64,000 bases of DNA from Acholeplasmataceae bacterium (lineage in GTDB: Bacteria; Bacillota_I; Bacilli_A; ML615J-28; CAG-313): assembly GCA_012838545.1 (NCBI GenBank), contig DUPC01000017.1, forward strand, positions 9,202 through 73,201, written 5' to 3'. The notes beneath the pieces are model-generated. The model saw nothing but the letters and a program-made list of their open reading frames with translations, was not told the origin of the DNA and searched no databases. The position numbers and the translations under genes were made by a program. Within the stretch, counting starts at the first letter, position 1; each line of letters opens with the position of its first letter. This document shows, in pieces, positions 29,170-38,767 of the stretch.

Positions 29170-29208
29170 GTTAAATATGATTAAACATAAAGTTTAGTAT
29201 TATTAAAC
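29170..29208. promoter_or_regulatory. Two tandem palindromic candidate operators of the pot operon
   Basis: GTTAA-N7-TAAAC (29170-29186) and GTTTA-N7-TAAAC (29192-29208), 22 bp apart, immediately downstream of the -10 box. Confidence 0.55.
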
Positions 29209-29214
29209 ACGAGT

Positions 29215-29242
29215 ATTATACTTTTTTTTCGAAAATAGTCAA
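29215..29242 (-). promoter_or_regulatory. SigA-type promoter of the regulator-potABCD operon
   Basis: TTGACT-N16-TATAAT. Confidence 0.65.
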
Positions 29243-29324
29243 GTCAAATAGTAAAAAAATTTTCCTCCATAGCTCTTATGGTTTATTCTCGTTTTCCCGT
29301 ACCTTCGTCACTTTTTTAACAAAT

Positions 29325-29358
29325 AAAAAAGCGCCTGTTTCACTAAACAAAAGCGCTT
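29325..29358 (-). terminator. Terminator after the SpoIID-like gene
   Basis: AAGCGC-TGTTT/AAACA-GCGCTT hairpin followed by a T-run on the minus strand. Confidence 0.6.
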
Positions 29359-29385
29359 CATATTTAGGTATCAAACCGGTATATA

Positions 29386-31545
29386 TTAATTTGGAAATTG
29401 GTTAAATACTTCTTTGACGTTAATGGTTGGTTCCGTCGCCTTAACCCAATCTACAAACTCAAAGTTATTGTAATAGAATGTTAGAATATCCGCGGAAGTT
29501 TTGCCGCGGTTGGCCATATTGTTGGCGCCATATTGGCTCATGCCGGTACCGTGGCCGTATCCGCCCCCGTATAGATGGATGGTATCCCCGACTATTTCAC
29601 AGGCAAAGTAGGCCGAAGGAAGGAAAGAAAAGCTGCGATTTGAATATTTGGTATCGGTGCCTTTGGCGGTGCCGATGGTGAGACTTCTAAAAAGCATCCG
29701 AATATTGTATTCTCCGTAAACGCGGAAGGTGTATTTGGTGGTGACGATTTCCAAACAAGTGATTAAACCGCCTTCGCCGCGGGAAACCGGAAGCAAATTG
29801 GTTACCGTTCCGATATCGGATGGGATTGGTTTGCTTTCAAACATATCCCCCACTTTCGTCAACACTTGATCTGGTTTGGCGAAATAGCGGGAAGGCAAGT
29901 TGTTTTTCAGTTGCGAAGTGATACCTGCTTTGGAATCGCTGTAATGCCATCTTTGATACGGCGAATCCATATCGTAAGAATCTACTTTGATGCGTTTATA
30001 AAAGGCCAACATCGAGCTTTCATCCGTGATATCAAAAGTCAGCGGATTGCCGTTTTCATCCAAAGCAAACAAGGTGCTGTGGTATGGACCGGTATTATCC
30101 GGTTTGGGGTTGGTTCCCTCAAACCAAGCATCGCCAGGCAGTCCGGTTGCGGCGCTTCCTGTGGAAAAGAAGACGGCGCTGATGACATTACCGTTATATT
30201 GCATCACAAGGCCTTGGGTTTCCAAAATGGCTTGGTTGCTTCGCGCATTTTCCCCCGCATTATTGTAAACTTGGCTCATGACACTGTCGTCAACATGATA
30301 GCCGTTTGCGGAATATCTTTGGTTAAGCATGTCGGCTAAAGCATAGGTTCTGGCACAAATTGCCTGCGCCTTTAAGGCTTCCAAGTTCCAACTCGTTGGC
30401 ATTTCGCTTGGAACAACGGTTTTTAAGTAGTCTTCCAAGTTTACGTTATTGACAAGTTGCAAACTGCCATTGACGCAAGTGATTTCGAACCGGCCGTAAT
30501 AACTTGGAGTCCCTTGACTGCGGCTGATGGAAGTAACGGTAATTTTATCGGTAATCGGTTCCACAATTACCATTTCCGCTTCAAGTTTTTTTAAACCGCT
30601 TTGATAAACGGTAACTTTTCCTTGTTCGTTATGAATCGCAATGCTGGAAAAAGCGTCAATTTTTTCGGTTTCTTTGGCGTTTCCGCTGCGGATAAGCATG
30701 CCGCCGCTCGAAGTTAAAGTAATCGAAGCATGATAGCGGTCATTATCACCAGCAATCGATGTCGAACGGTTTATAAACACCTTTATCGCATCATGCTTAA
30801 TGTCGCCGTTGATAACGATATAATCGATTTGGCTCGTATTTCGGTTTATGTAAAAGTAAAGGTTTTTCATCCCTAAGTATAAATCGTCGATCGATTTCTC
30901 CTCAAGACTTCCGTTAACCCATTGAAAAACTTTCGTATTGCTGGTATAAGGTAAGTAACCGACATAGTCCACAAAAAGCATTTTTTGATTTGAAGCATGA
31001 GTCAATATTTCGCCCTTAACCGCTTGGTAGTCATCGTTGATAATTATTACGTCGTTCATTTCATCGATTATCTGCGGAATTTGATCCACTTCGTTTTTGA
31101 ACTCAGTTACCAAGGTTTCAATTGCCTGAGCGGTATTTGCTTTAATTATCAAGGCTATGTACGATTTCAAGATATCCGTGACTAATTCTTGATTATCATG
31201 GGAATAGATTTTGCTTTCAATATATTGATTAAGGACGCCAATGGCATGGTTTTGGTATTCAGCTAGTGCCTTCTTGGTTAAGAATTTTTGAATTTTTGTT
31301 TTGGCGTCGCTAACGATTTGGTTAATATTGTCTTTGGTATCAGTTTCGTTGATATCATCGGTTGCATCATCAATAATGGCTTGAATCAGGGGTTGAGTGT
31401 TTTCCGGATAATCAGCCAAGTTGACATACGAGGATAAATCTTGAATAGCTTGGGTTTTAGCTTGTTCAAGCGTTTCTTTTTCGCAACCGCCTAACACAAA
31501 AAGCATTAGGATAAAAAACATGATCGAAATTAAGCGTTTGGTCAT
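29386..31545 (-). CDS. Lipoprotein with helical N-terminal repeats and a SpoIID/LytB lytic transglycosylase domain
   Basis: Lipobox LGGC. Contains LEDYLKTVVPSEM...EALKAQAICARTYA, VDDSVMSQVY and GGGYGHGTGMSQYGANNMA. Confidence 0.9.
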   Translation of the reverse strand: MTKRLISIMFFILMLFVLGGCEKETLEQAKTQAIQDLSSYVNLADYPENTQPLIQAIIDDATDDINETDTKDNINQIVSDAKTKIQKFLTKKALAEYQNHAIGVLNQYIESKIYSHDNQELVTDILKSYIALIIKANTAQAIETLVTEFKNEVDQIPQIIDEMNDVIIINDDYQAVKGEILTHASNQKMLFVDYVGYLPYTSNTKVFQWVNGSLEEKSIDDLYLGMKNLYFYINRNTSQIDYIVINGDIKHDAIKVFINRSTSIAGDNDRYHASITLTSSGGMLIRSGNAKETEKIDAFSSIAIHNEQGKVTVYQSGLKKLEAEMVIVEPITDKITVTSISRSQGTPSYYGRFEITCVNGSLQLVNNVNLEDYLKTVVPSEMPTSWNLEALKAQAICARTYALADMLNQRYSANGYHVDDSVMSQVYNNAGENARSNQAILETQGLVMQYNGNVISAVFFSTGSAATGLPGDAWFEGTNPKPDNTGPYHSTLFALDENGNPLTFDITDESSMLAFYKRIKVDSYDMDSPYQRWHYSDSKAGITSQLKNNLPSRYFAKPDQVLTKVGDMFESKPIPSDIGTVTNLLPVSRGEGGLITCLEIVTTKYTFRVYGEYNIRMLFRSLTIGTAKGTDTKYSNRSFSFLPSAYFACEIVGDTIHLYGGGYGHGTGMSQYGANNMANRGKTSADILTFYYNNFEFVDWVKATEPTINVKEVFNQFPN

Positions 31546-31574
31546 TTTTAGGCACCTCCTATCGATGCTAATTA

Positions 31575-31603
31575 ATTATACGTTAAATAAGGGGATTTTG
31601 CAA
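31575..31603 (-). promoter_or_regulatory. SigA-type promoter of the SpoIID-like gene
   Basis: TTGCAA-N17-TATAAT. Confidence 0.65.
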
Positions 31604-31650
31604 GTTATATAAGTGGATAAAATTTTGGGTTCATTTCTTTTTTGGTTTAA

Positions 31651-31679
31651 TTGAAAACAATGATTTTTCATGATATAAT
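31651..31679 (+). promoter_or_regulatory. SigA-type promoter of the lplA-gcv operon
   Basis: TTGAAA-N17-TATAAT with TG just upstream of the -10, about 25 nt before the GTG start. Confidence 0.7.
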
Positions 31680-31705
31680 GGAGTCATAAAGGAAGGAACA
31701 AAACT

Positions 31706-32704
31706 GTGAAAGTCATCAATCTAAAAGCCTTGGGACAGAACCAAATATCGTTTTATTTAGCTTTGGAAGAATATTTGCTTGACAACTTAACCGAAGACAT
31801 TTTCTTTTTATGGGACATTCCTTCATCCATTGTCATCGGTCGCAATCAACTGTTGTACAGCGAAGTGAATTTGCAGTTTGCCAAAGCTAAGAACGTTCCC
31901 ATTTACCGGCGTCCTTCGGGGGGCGGGGCGATATTTGCGGATGAGAATTGTTTTATGTATTCATTCTTGTCTCAAGAATACAATCGCGATTTACTTTATC
32001 AAAAATTCTTAACCAAACTGTTTGAAGCCTTAAAAAACTTAGGCCTGGACATTACCTTCTCCGGACGAAACGATTTGCTTTTTTTAGGAAAGAAATTTTC
32101 CGGTACCGCGGTTTTGCAAACCTCAAAGGGTTCGGTATTGCACGGAACCTTCTTGTACGATACCGATATCGCGCTTCTTGTGGAGGCGTTAACCGTTGAC
32201 CCTGATAAAATTATTTCCAAAGGCATTAAAAGCGTAAGCGAACGGGTAATCAATTTAAAGCCTTATCTCAAACTTTCCAAGTACGAACTGATGGAATATT
32301 TGAATAACTTTTTCGCAACTTTTACGTACGAATTAACCTCGGAAGAAGTTCAGAAAGTAAAAACCCTCGAACAAAAATACTTGGATCCTGCTTGGATTGA
32401 AGGAAAAAACCCACCGTTTACCGTAAAAGTTTCCCAACGCTTTGCTTACGGGAAAGTGGAAACTTTTGTATATGTTAAGAAAAACGTCATCGAATCTTTG
32501 ACGATCACCGGAGACTTTTTTGAAAAAAGACCGATTCTAGAATTCTCTGAACAATTCAAAAATGTTCCTTTTTCCGAATCAGCTATTTCGGAAGTGCTTA
32601 ATAAGCATTCCTTTAGCGATTATATTGAAGGGGCAACCAATGATGACATTCGCTCATTACTGTTAGAAGGAGGAATTAACAGTGAAAAAAACAGTTCTAT
32701 ATGA
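31706..32704 (+). CDS. lplA: Lipoate-protein ligase A
   Basis: IVIGRNQ, RRPSGGGAIFAD, GRNDL, KKFSGTA, LHGTFLY, KGIKSV and ITGDFF. Confidence 0.93.
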   Translation: MKVINLKALGQNQISFYLALEEYLLDNLTEDIFFLWDIPSSIVIGRNQLLYSEVNLQFAKAKNVPIYRRPSGGGAIFADENCFMYSFLSQEYNRDLLYQKFLTKLFEALKNLGLDITFSGRNDLLFLGKKFSGTAVLQTSKGSVLHGTFLYDTDIALLVEALTVDPDKIISKGIKSVSERVINLKPYLKLSKYELMEYLNNFFATFTYELTSEEVQKVKTLEQKYLDPAWIEGKNPPFTVKVSQRFAYGKVETFVYVKKNVIESLTITGDFFEKRPILEFSEQFKNVPFSESAISEVLNKHSFSDYIEGATNDDIRSLLLEGGINSEKNSSI

Positions 32705-33752
32705 TGAGCACCTGAAACTCGGTGCCAAAATGGTCGAGTATGCCGGATATCTGATGCCGGTGGAATACTCAGGCCTTTCAAACGAACACCTGGCGGTTCG
32801 TACGACGTGTGGCGTCTTCGACGTATCCCATATGGGGGAAATTCTAATCGAAGGAAAAGAAGCCACAAAGTTTGCCAATTATCTGATTACCAGCAGCGTT
32901 CCCAAGCAAAACAAACGCATGATGTACGGCATGATGCTTTATGAAGACGGCAACATTGTCGACGATTTGATGATGTACCACTATCATCCGGATAAAATTC
33001 TCTTAGTCGTAAACGCCAGCAACCTCGAAAAAGACTTTGCTTGGATTAAGGAAAAAACCCATGGTTTCGATGTTACGGTTACCGATCTTTCGGAACAAAC
33101 ATCACAACTGGCCTTACAAGGCAGGGAAGCATGGAAAGTCTTGCAGGAACTAACCGCCTACGATTTAAGCAAAATGAAGATGTTTGATTTTGACAATATG
33201 GAAATCATAAACCGCTCCTTTTTGGTTTCGAGAAGCGGTTATACCGGCGAAGACGGATTTGAAATCTATGGCAACGGAAGCGATATCGCCAATCTCTTTG
33301 TAACTCTAATTGAAAAAGGAGTGGTTCCTTGCGGATTGGGCTGTCGCGACACTTTAAGATTTGAAGCCAATCTTCCGCTCTACGGTCACGAAATCGACTC
33401 CACGATTAACCCGCTGGAAGCGACTTTGGGGTTTGCGGTTGATAAGGAAAAAGCGTTTTTCGGCAAAGAAGCTTTGATTAATAAACCCTTAAAACGCAAA
33501 GTCGTGGGTTTAGAACTCTTGGAGCGCGGTATTGCCCGCCATCCTTACGACGTATTGAACGAACAAGGCGAAAAAGTCGGCTATATCACTACAGGGTATC
33601 TACTTCCCGGCAAAACCCAACCGGTTGCCCTTGCCATGCTGGATGAAGGTTACTGGGCACTAGGCACAACCGTTTACGTCCAAATCCGCAAAAATACCGT
33701 GAAAGCGGTCGTCCGTAATAAAAAGTTCTTAAATAAAACATATATAAAATAA
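32682..33752 (+). CDS. gcvT: Glycine cleavage T protein (aminomethyltransferase)
   Basis: GVFDVSHMGEI, SRSGYTGEDGFEI and GLGCRDTLRFEA. Confidence 0.96.
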   Translation: MKKTVLYDEHLKLGAKMVEYAGYLMPVEYSGLSNEHLAVRTTCGVFDVSHMGEILIEGKEATKFANYLITSSVPKQNKRMMYGMMLYEDGNIVDDLMMYHYHPDKILLVVNASNLEKDFAWIKEKTHGFDVTVTDLSEQTSQLALQGREAWKVLQELTAYDLSKMKMFDFDNMEIINRSFLVSRSGYTGEDGFEIYGNGSDIANLFVTLIEKGVVPCGLGCRDTLRFEANLPLYGHEIDSTINPLEATLGFAVDKEKAFFGKEALINKPLKRKVVGLELLERGIARHPYDVLNEQGEKVGYITTGYLLPGKTQPVALAMLDEGYWALGTTVYVQIRKNTVKAVVRNKKFLNKTYIK

Positions 33753-33767
33753 GGAGGAAAAGTAAAA

Positions 33768-34145
33768 ATGAGTAAAGTTTTACCTGATTTATTGTACACC
33801 CTAACCCATGAATGGGTTAGGGTTGAAGGAGATGTTGCGACAATCGGTATTTCCGATTATGCCCAACACAGTTTGGGTAGCATCGTCTATCTTGAAGCAA
33901 ACGAAGTTGGCGAAAGCGTAAAACAATTCCAACAATTCGGAGTTGTCGAAAGCGTTAAAGCCGCATCCGACCTCATGTCGCCGGTAAGCGGTGAAATTAT
34001 TGAAGTCAATCAAGAAGCCATTGATGACCCGGAAGTTATCAATTCCGACAGTTATGGCAATTGGATTATTAAGGTAAAATTAAGCAATCCACAAGAACTG
34101 GCTAATTTATTGGACCCAGAAACATATCAAGCGGAGTGCAAATAA
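33768..34145 (+). CDS. gcvH: Glycine cleavage H protein
   Basis: THEWVR, GISDYAQ and lipoyl lysine in VESVKAASD. Confidence 0.97.
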   Translation: MSKVLPDLLYTLTHEWVRVEGDVATIGISDYAQHSLGSIVYLEANEVGESVKQFQQFGVVESVKAASDLMSPVSGEIIEVNQEAIDDPEVINSDSYGNWIIKVKLSNPQELANLLDPETYQAECK

Positions 34146-35468
34146 ATGTTTAAATATTTTCCTCATACCGATTCCGACATTGAAGCAATGTTAAAGCGAA
34201 TTGGTTTGAAGGCTCTTGACGATTTGTTTTGCCAAGTCGACCCCTCGATAAGAAACAATCGTAATTACAATATCCCCAGCAGCCACAGCGAACTGGAACT
34301 AAAAAAAGCGGTTAAAGACCTAGCGGGTCAAAACAAGCCGCTTCTTAGTTTCTTAGGAGCAGGCACCTATGAGCCTTTCCAATTCAGCGTCAGTCAGGCG
34401 ATTACTTCGCGCCAAGAATTTTTAACCTCTTATACGCCATATCAACCGGAGATTTCCCAAGGAACGCTTCAGTATATTTTTGAATGGCAAAGCATGATTT
34501 GCGAACTAACCGGCATGGATGCGACCAACGCATCGATGTACGACGGTGCAACCGCTACCGCCGAAGCGATGTTTATGGCTTATGCCCAAAACAAGCGTCC
34601 AAAAGTATTGGTCAGTTCCACTCTCAACCCCAGAGTAATTGAGGTCGTAAAAACTTACGCCAAATACCGTGGCATCAGTGTTGAATTGATTGATGCGGTT
34701 GATTACGAAACTTCCACGGAAGACTTAAAAGCCAAACTTAACGAGGAAGTTACCGCGGTCATCGTTCAACAGCCAAACTTTTACGGAATTATCGAAGATT
34801 ACTCAGGTTTCAATGATTTAATTAATAACAATAATTCTTTATTTATTATGAATGTCGACCCAGCGACTCTTCCGGTCTTGAAAACACCGAGAGAATGGGG
34901 CGCGGACATAGCCTGCGGCGATGCGCAACCGCTCGGCATTTCCCCTAATTGGGGTGGTCCGTATGTCGGTTTCCTCGCTACAACCTCCAAATATCTGCGC
35001 CGCTTGCCCGGTCGGATTTGCGGCCAAACGAAGGATGTGGACGGTAAACGCGGTTTTGTCTTAACCTTGCAAGCAAGGGAACAACATATTCGCAGGGAAA
35101 AAGCCAATTCCAACATTTGTTCCAATCAATCCTTAATGGCTCTTCATGTTGTAACGTATTTAAGTTTATTGGGTAAACAAGGAATCAAAGAGGTAGCCTT
35201 AAGAGCTTATAACAATGCCCATTATTTGCGTGACCGTTTGCTTAAAACGGGTAAATTCGAATCCGTAACCAAAGCACCGTTCTTTAAGGAATTTGTGCTC
35301 AAATATCAAGGCGATGTCAACCAATTGCAAAGTTTCTTATTAGAAAAAGGCATATTGGGCGGTTACAAGGTAAGCGACCAAGAAATCTTGTTTTACGCCA
35401 GTGAAACAAGAACCGTTGAAGAACTCGACTTATTGGCAAGATTGGTAGGTGAATGCGATGTACGATAA
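34146..35468 (+). CDS. gcvPA: Glycine dehydrogenase subunit 1
   Basis: YTPYQPEISQGTLQ, NASMYDGATA and LQAREQHIRREKANSNICSNQ. Confidence 0.96.
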   Translation: MFKYFPHTDSDIEAMLKRIGLKALDDLFCQVDPSIRNNRNYNIPSSHSELELKKAVKDLAGQNKPLLSFLGAGTYEPFQFSVSQAITSRQEFLTSYTPYQPEISQGTLQYIFEWQSMICELTGMDATNASMYDGATATAEAMFMAYAQNKRPKVLVSSTLNPRVIEVVKTYAKYRGISVELIDAVDYETSTEDLKAKLNEEVTAVIVQQPNFYGIIEDYSGFNDLINNNNSLFIMNVDPATLPVLKTPREWGADIACGDAQPLGISPNWGGPYVGFLATTSKYLRRLPGRICGQTKDVDGKRGFVLTLQAREQHIRREKANSNICSNQSLMALHVVTYLSLLGKQGIKEVALRAYNNAHYLRDRLLKTGKFESVTKAPFFKEFVLKYQGDVNQLQSFLLEKGILGGYKVSDQEILFYASETRTVEELDLLARLVGECDVR

Positions 35469-36900
35469 ATTGATTTTTGAATTATCGGTTCCCGGACGTA
35501 TCGGCTATACGCTGCCGAAAGCGAAAGTTCCAAGTTACGAACTTCCGGAAGAACTAAAACGCAACAATGAGCCGATTTTACCGGAAGTCAGTGAAATCGA
35601 TGTCGTTCGCCATTACACCAATTTGTCGCTTAAAAACTACGGGGTTGACCAAGGTTTTTATCCGCTTGGTTCCTGTACGATGAAATACAATCCGAAAATT
35701 CACGAACAATTGGTAAATAACGATAGTTTTACCCAACTTCATCCATTGCAACCTGCTTCCACCGTCCAAGGCGCTTTGAAGGTTTACGACGAGTTATCGT
35801 ATTGGTTAAGCGAATTGACGGGTATGGCGAAATTCTCGTTTAATGGGTTTGCGGGGGCGCACGGGGAATTGATTGGTCTTATGATCATGAAAGAATACCA
35901 TTTGCGCCGGGGCGATACCAAAAGAACAAAAGTCATTGTTCCTTCTTCTGCCCATGGCACCAACCCGGCAAGTTCAAGCGTCGTCGGTTTTGAAGTGGTG
36001 GAAATTCCTACCAATTCGGAAGGTTGCGTCGATATTGATGCTTTAAAACAAGTTTTAACCGATGAGATTGCAGGCATAATGCTGACCAATCCCAATACTT
36101 TAGGCTTATATGAAAAAGATATTCTGTTGATTTCGAAATTGCTGCACGATAACGGCAGCTTGCTTTACTACGACGGAGCCAACCTCAACGCTTTATTGGG
36201 GGTAGTCCGTCCAGGAGATATGGGCTTTGACATTGTCCATTTAAATCTCCATAAAACTTTCTCCACTCCGCATGGGGGTGGAGGACCTGGATCCGGCCCA
36301 GTCGGCGTAAGAGAAGATTTGGTGGATTTACTGCCAAATCCTCAAGTTATTAAAGCAAGCGACGGAACTTATCAATTATTTGATAACCCAAAATCCATTG
36401 GCCGAGTAAGCGGTTTTTACGGCAACTTCTTGGTTGTCTTGAAAGCATATATGTATGTATTAACCTTAGGCCAAGAAAACGTTGGCAATATCGCCAAGTT
36501 ATCGGTTCTAAATGCCAATTACATTAAAGAAGCCTTGCGCGAACACTACTACTTGCCGATTGATTCAATCTGCATGCATGAAGTTGTTTTTGACGGTTTA
36601 ATCAGTAAAGCCGTTACAACCTTGGACGTTGCCAAACGCTTGCTTGATTACGGTTACCATCCGCCAACAATTTATTTTCCGCTTTTGTTCCATCAATCGC
36701 TCATGATTGAACCGACGGAAGGGGAATCGAAAGAAACGCTTGATGCGTTTATCGAAACCATGAAAAAGATTGCTGAAGAAGCCTTAGAAAATCCGGAACT
36801 TTTAAAAACCGCACCGCACAACACGGTTGTAAGACGCCTTGACGAAGTTCAAGCAGCCCGAAAACCGCTAATCAAATACCGAGATACTTTGAATGACTGA
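35458..36900 (+). CDS. gcvPB: Glycine dehydrogenase subunit 2
   Basis: YPLGSCTMKYNP, AHGTNPAS and PLP lysine in HLNLHKTFSTPHGGGGPG. Start ATG at 35458 after AGGTG. Confidence 0.96.
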   Translation: MYDKLIFELSVPGRIGYTLPKAKVPSYELPEELKRNNEPILPEVSEIDVVRHYTNLSLKNYGVDQGFYPLGSCTMKYNPKIHEQLVNNDSFTQLHPLQPASTVQGALKVYDELSYWLSELTGMAKFSFNGFAGAHGELIGLMIMKEYHLRRGDTKRTKVIVPSSAHGTNPASSSVVGFEVVEIPTNSEGCVDIDALKQVLTDEIAGIMLTNPNTLGLYEKDILLISKLLHDNGSLLYYDGANLNALLGVVRPGDMGFDIVHLNLHKTFSTPHGGGGPGSGPVGVREDLVDLLPNPQVIKASDGTYQLFDNPKSIGRVSGFYGNFLVVLKAYMYVLTLGQENVGNIAKLSVLNANYIKEALREHYYLPIDSICMHEVVFDGLISKAVTTLDVAKRLLDYGYHPPTIYFPLLFHQSLMIEPTEGESKETLDAFIETMKKIAEEALENPELLKTAPHNTVVRRLDEVQAARKPLIKYRDTLND

Positions 36901-38206
36901 TTTGATTGTAATCGGTGCGGGACCGGGGGGTTATGAACTTGCGCTAGAAGCAAGTCGCAACGGCTTATCGACAATCCTAATTGAAGGGAAAAAACTAGGC
37001 GGAACGTGTTTACAAGAAGGATGTATACCGACCAAAACTTACTATAAAAATGCAATTGTATTTAATACCTTAAAAGAAGCCAGTATTTATGGCATCAATA
37101 TCCCCAGCTATGACTTCGATTTTTCCAAGGTAGTGGAACGAAAAGAAAAGGTCGTTCAGGATTTGGAAAAAGGCATTTTGTTTTTGTTGAACAAAGCGGG
37201 TGTTGAAATCATTAAGGGTTTCGCGAAATTTTTGAGCCCTACCGAAGTCGAAGTAAACGGAACGGTTTATCAAGCCAAAAATATGGTAATTGCCACAGGC
37301 AGCGAGCCGATTAGTTTAGCGAATTTCCCGGATGCATTAACTTCCACTCACCTATTAAACTTAACCGAAATTCCGGAAAAATTAGTTGTAATCGGGGGAG
37401 GCGTCATCGGTATCGAAATGGCATCGATCTTTGCTTCTTTTGGCAGTAATGTAACCGTTGTGGAAGCAACCAATTCGATTATCGGTTTTGCTGATTCCGA
37501 CATTTCCAAACGTCTGCTTGCCTTTTTGAAAGCAAAAGGGATTAAATTTTATCTTAACGCCAAAGCCTTAAAACACGAAAATTCTCAGGTAACAATCGCC
37601 ACCGAAAAAGGCGAGATTGTGCTTGATGCCACGCATGTTTTAATGGCGGTCGGCCGAAGACCAAACCTAAATAATCTTGAATTGGAAAACGCTCATGTCG
37701 AATATACCAAAAAAGGCATTGTGACCAATGAATTCGGTCAAACAAGCAATCCGAATATCTACGCCATAGGTGATGTAACCGGAATTAATATGCTTGCCCA
37801 TTATGCCACTTACGACGGACTAAGAGTCCTAAATCACATTTTGGGAAAACCAAACAACATTCGTTTCGATTTGGTTCCTGCTTGCGTCTTTACTTTCCCG
37901 GAAGTGGCTTGGTGCGGCAAAACCGAACAGGAATTGGCAAGCGAAGGCATAAACTATCAAACCCATAAAGGCATGTTTCGAGCCAACGGAAAAGCCCTTG
38001 CCATGAACGAAACGGATGGTTTTGTCAAAATAATAACCGTTGACAACCTTATTGCCGGTGTTCATATCATCGGTTCCAGCGCTTCAACCTTGGTTCACGA
38101 ACTTTGTTCTTTGATGAACTTTGACATAACCAAGGATCGATTTCTTTCGATAATTCATGCGCATCCAACACTAAGCGAAATTTTTACCTCAACATTAAAA
38201 CAATAA
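36893..38206 (+). CDS. lpdA: Dihydrolipoamide dehydrogenase (L protein)
   Basis: GAGPGG, redox GGTCLQEGCIPTK, GGGVIG and HAHPTLSE. Confidence 0.95.
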   Translation: MTDLIVIGAGPGGYELALEASRNGLSTILIEGKKLGGTCLQEGCIPTKTYYKNAIVFNTLKEASIYGINIPSYDFDFSKVVERKEKVVQDLEKGILFLLNKAGVEIIKGFAKFLSPTEVEVNGTVYQAKNMVIATGSEPISLANFPDALTSTHLLNLTEIPEKLVVIGGGVIGIEMASIFASFGSNVTVVEATNSIIGFADSDISKRLLAFLKAKGIKFYLNAKALKHENSQVTIATEKGEIVLDATHVLMAVGRRPNLNNLELENAHVEYTKKGIVTNEFGQTSNPNIYAIGDVTGINMLAHYATYDGLRVLNHILGKPNNIRFDLVPACVFTFPEVAWCGKTEQELASEGINYQTHKGMFRANGKALAMNETDGFVKIITVDNLIAGVHIIGSSASTLVHELCSLMNFDITKDRFLSIIHAHPTLSEIFTSTLKQ

Positions 38207-38217
38207 GATCAAAAAGC

Positions 38218-38260
38218 AAAAAACCGGTTTTTACAAATGGAAATATAGCCGGTTTTTCTT
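38218..38260 (+). terminator. Terminator of the gcv operon
   Basis: AAAAAACCGG / CCGGTTTTT inverted repeat after lpdA. Confidence 0.65.
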
Positions 38261-38338
38261 TTTATATTATATTAATTTAAATTTTTAATTCCCGGTAAAA
38301 AAGAAACTATTATTAAGAAACCTTTTTTTAATTATCGA

Positions 38339-38767
38339 TCATGGAATAATGCTATAACCTCTGTGTCTTGCTAATCTAAATCCTAGATTGCCGAAAACGG
38401 AAGAAGGTGAAGCATTCTTTATTGTATCAATACTGACATGGGAATATGTTGACGCATAACTTCCTCCCCGGTGAATTCGGGTTCCCTTAGGATTAATATC
38501 AAAACACCATTCGCTGACATTGTCACACATATCATAAATTTGCAAAGCATTTGGATATTTGGTTTTTACAGGATATGTCGAATTATCCAAAAATTTGGCA
38601 AACCAACAAAAATCAAAAATATCTTTTTCATCGGTTACCCTATAAACGGACGTGCTGACATGGTCGGAAGCTGCTCAGCGCTTGAGATCGCAGATCTAAT
38701 CATCGGGGGAAACGGTTCTTGTGATAAACCGGGCCGCCATATTCCATTCGCCCGAAGTAGGCAAACA
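38339..38767 (-). pseudogene. 5'-truncated FGE-sulfatase/SUMF1 (C-type-lectin-fold) domain pseudogene
   Basis: A single frame reads CLPTSGEWNMAAR...*...*...PVKTKYPNALQIYDMCDNVSEWCFD...HRGGSY...NLGFRLAR. In-frame stops are TAG (38696-38698) and TGA (38675-38677); no start codon. Confidence 0.8.

Noticed and set aside
29866-30339. Longer opposite-strand ORFs (also 9029-9481, 28637-29062, 41628-42104, 44506-44925)
   Set aside because: Each lies wholly within a well-supported gene on the other strand and has no RBS or recognisable motif.
38339-38767. Active diversity-generating retroelement
   Set aside because: No reverse transcriptase, avd, TR/VR pair or IMH hairpin is in the window, and the fragment is not AAY-rich. 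Kept only as a low-interest relic.
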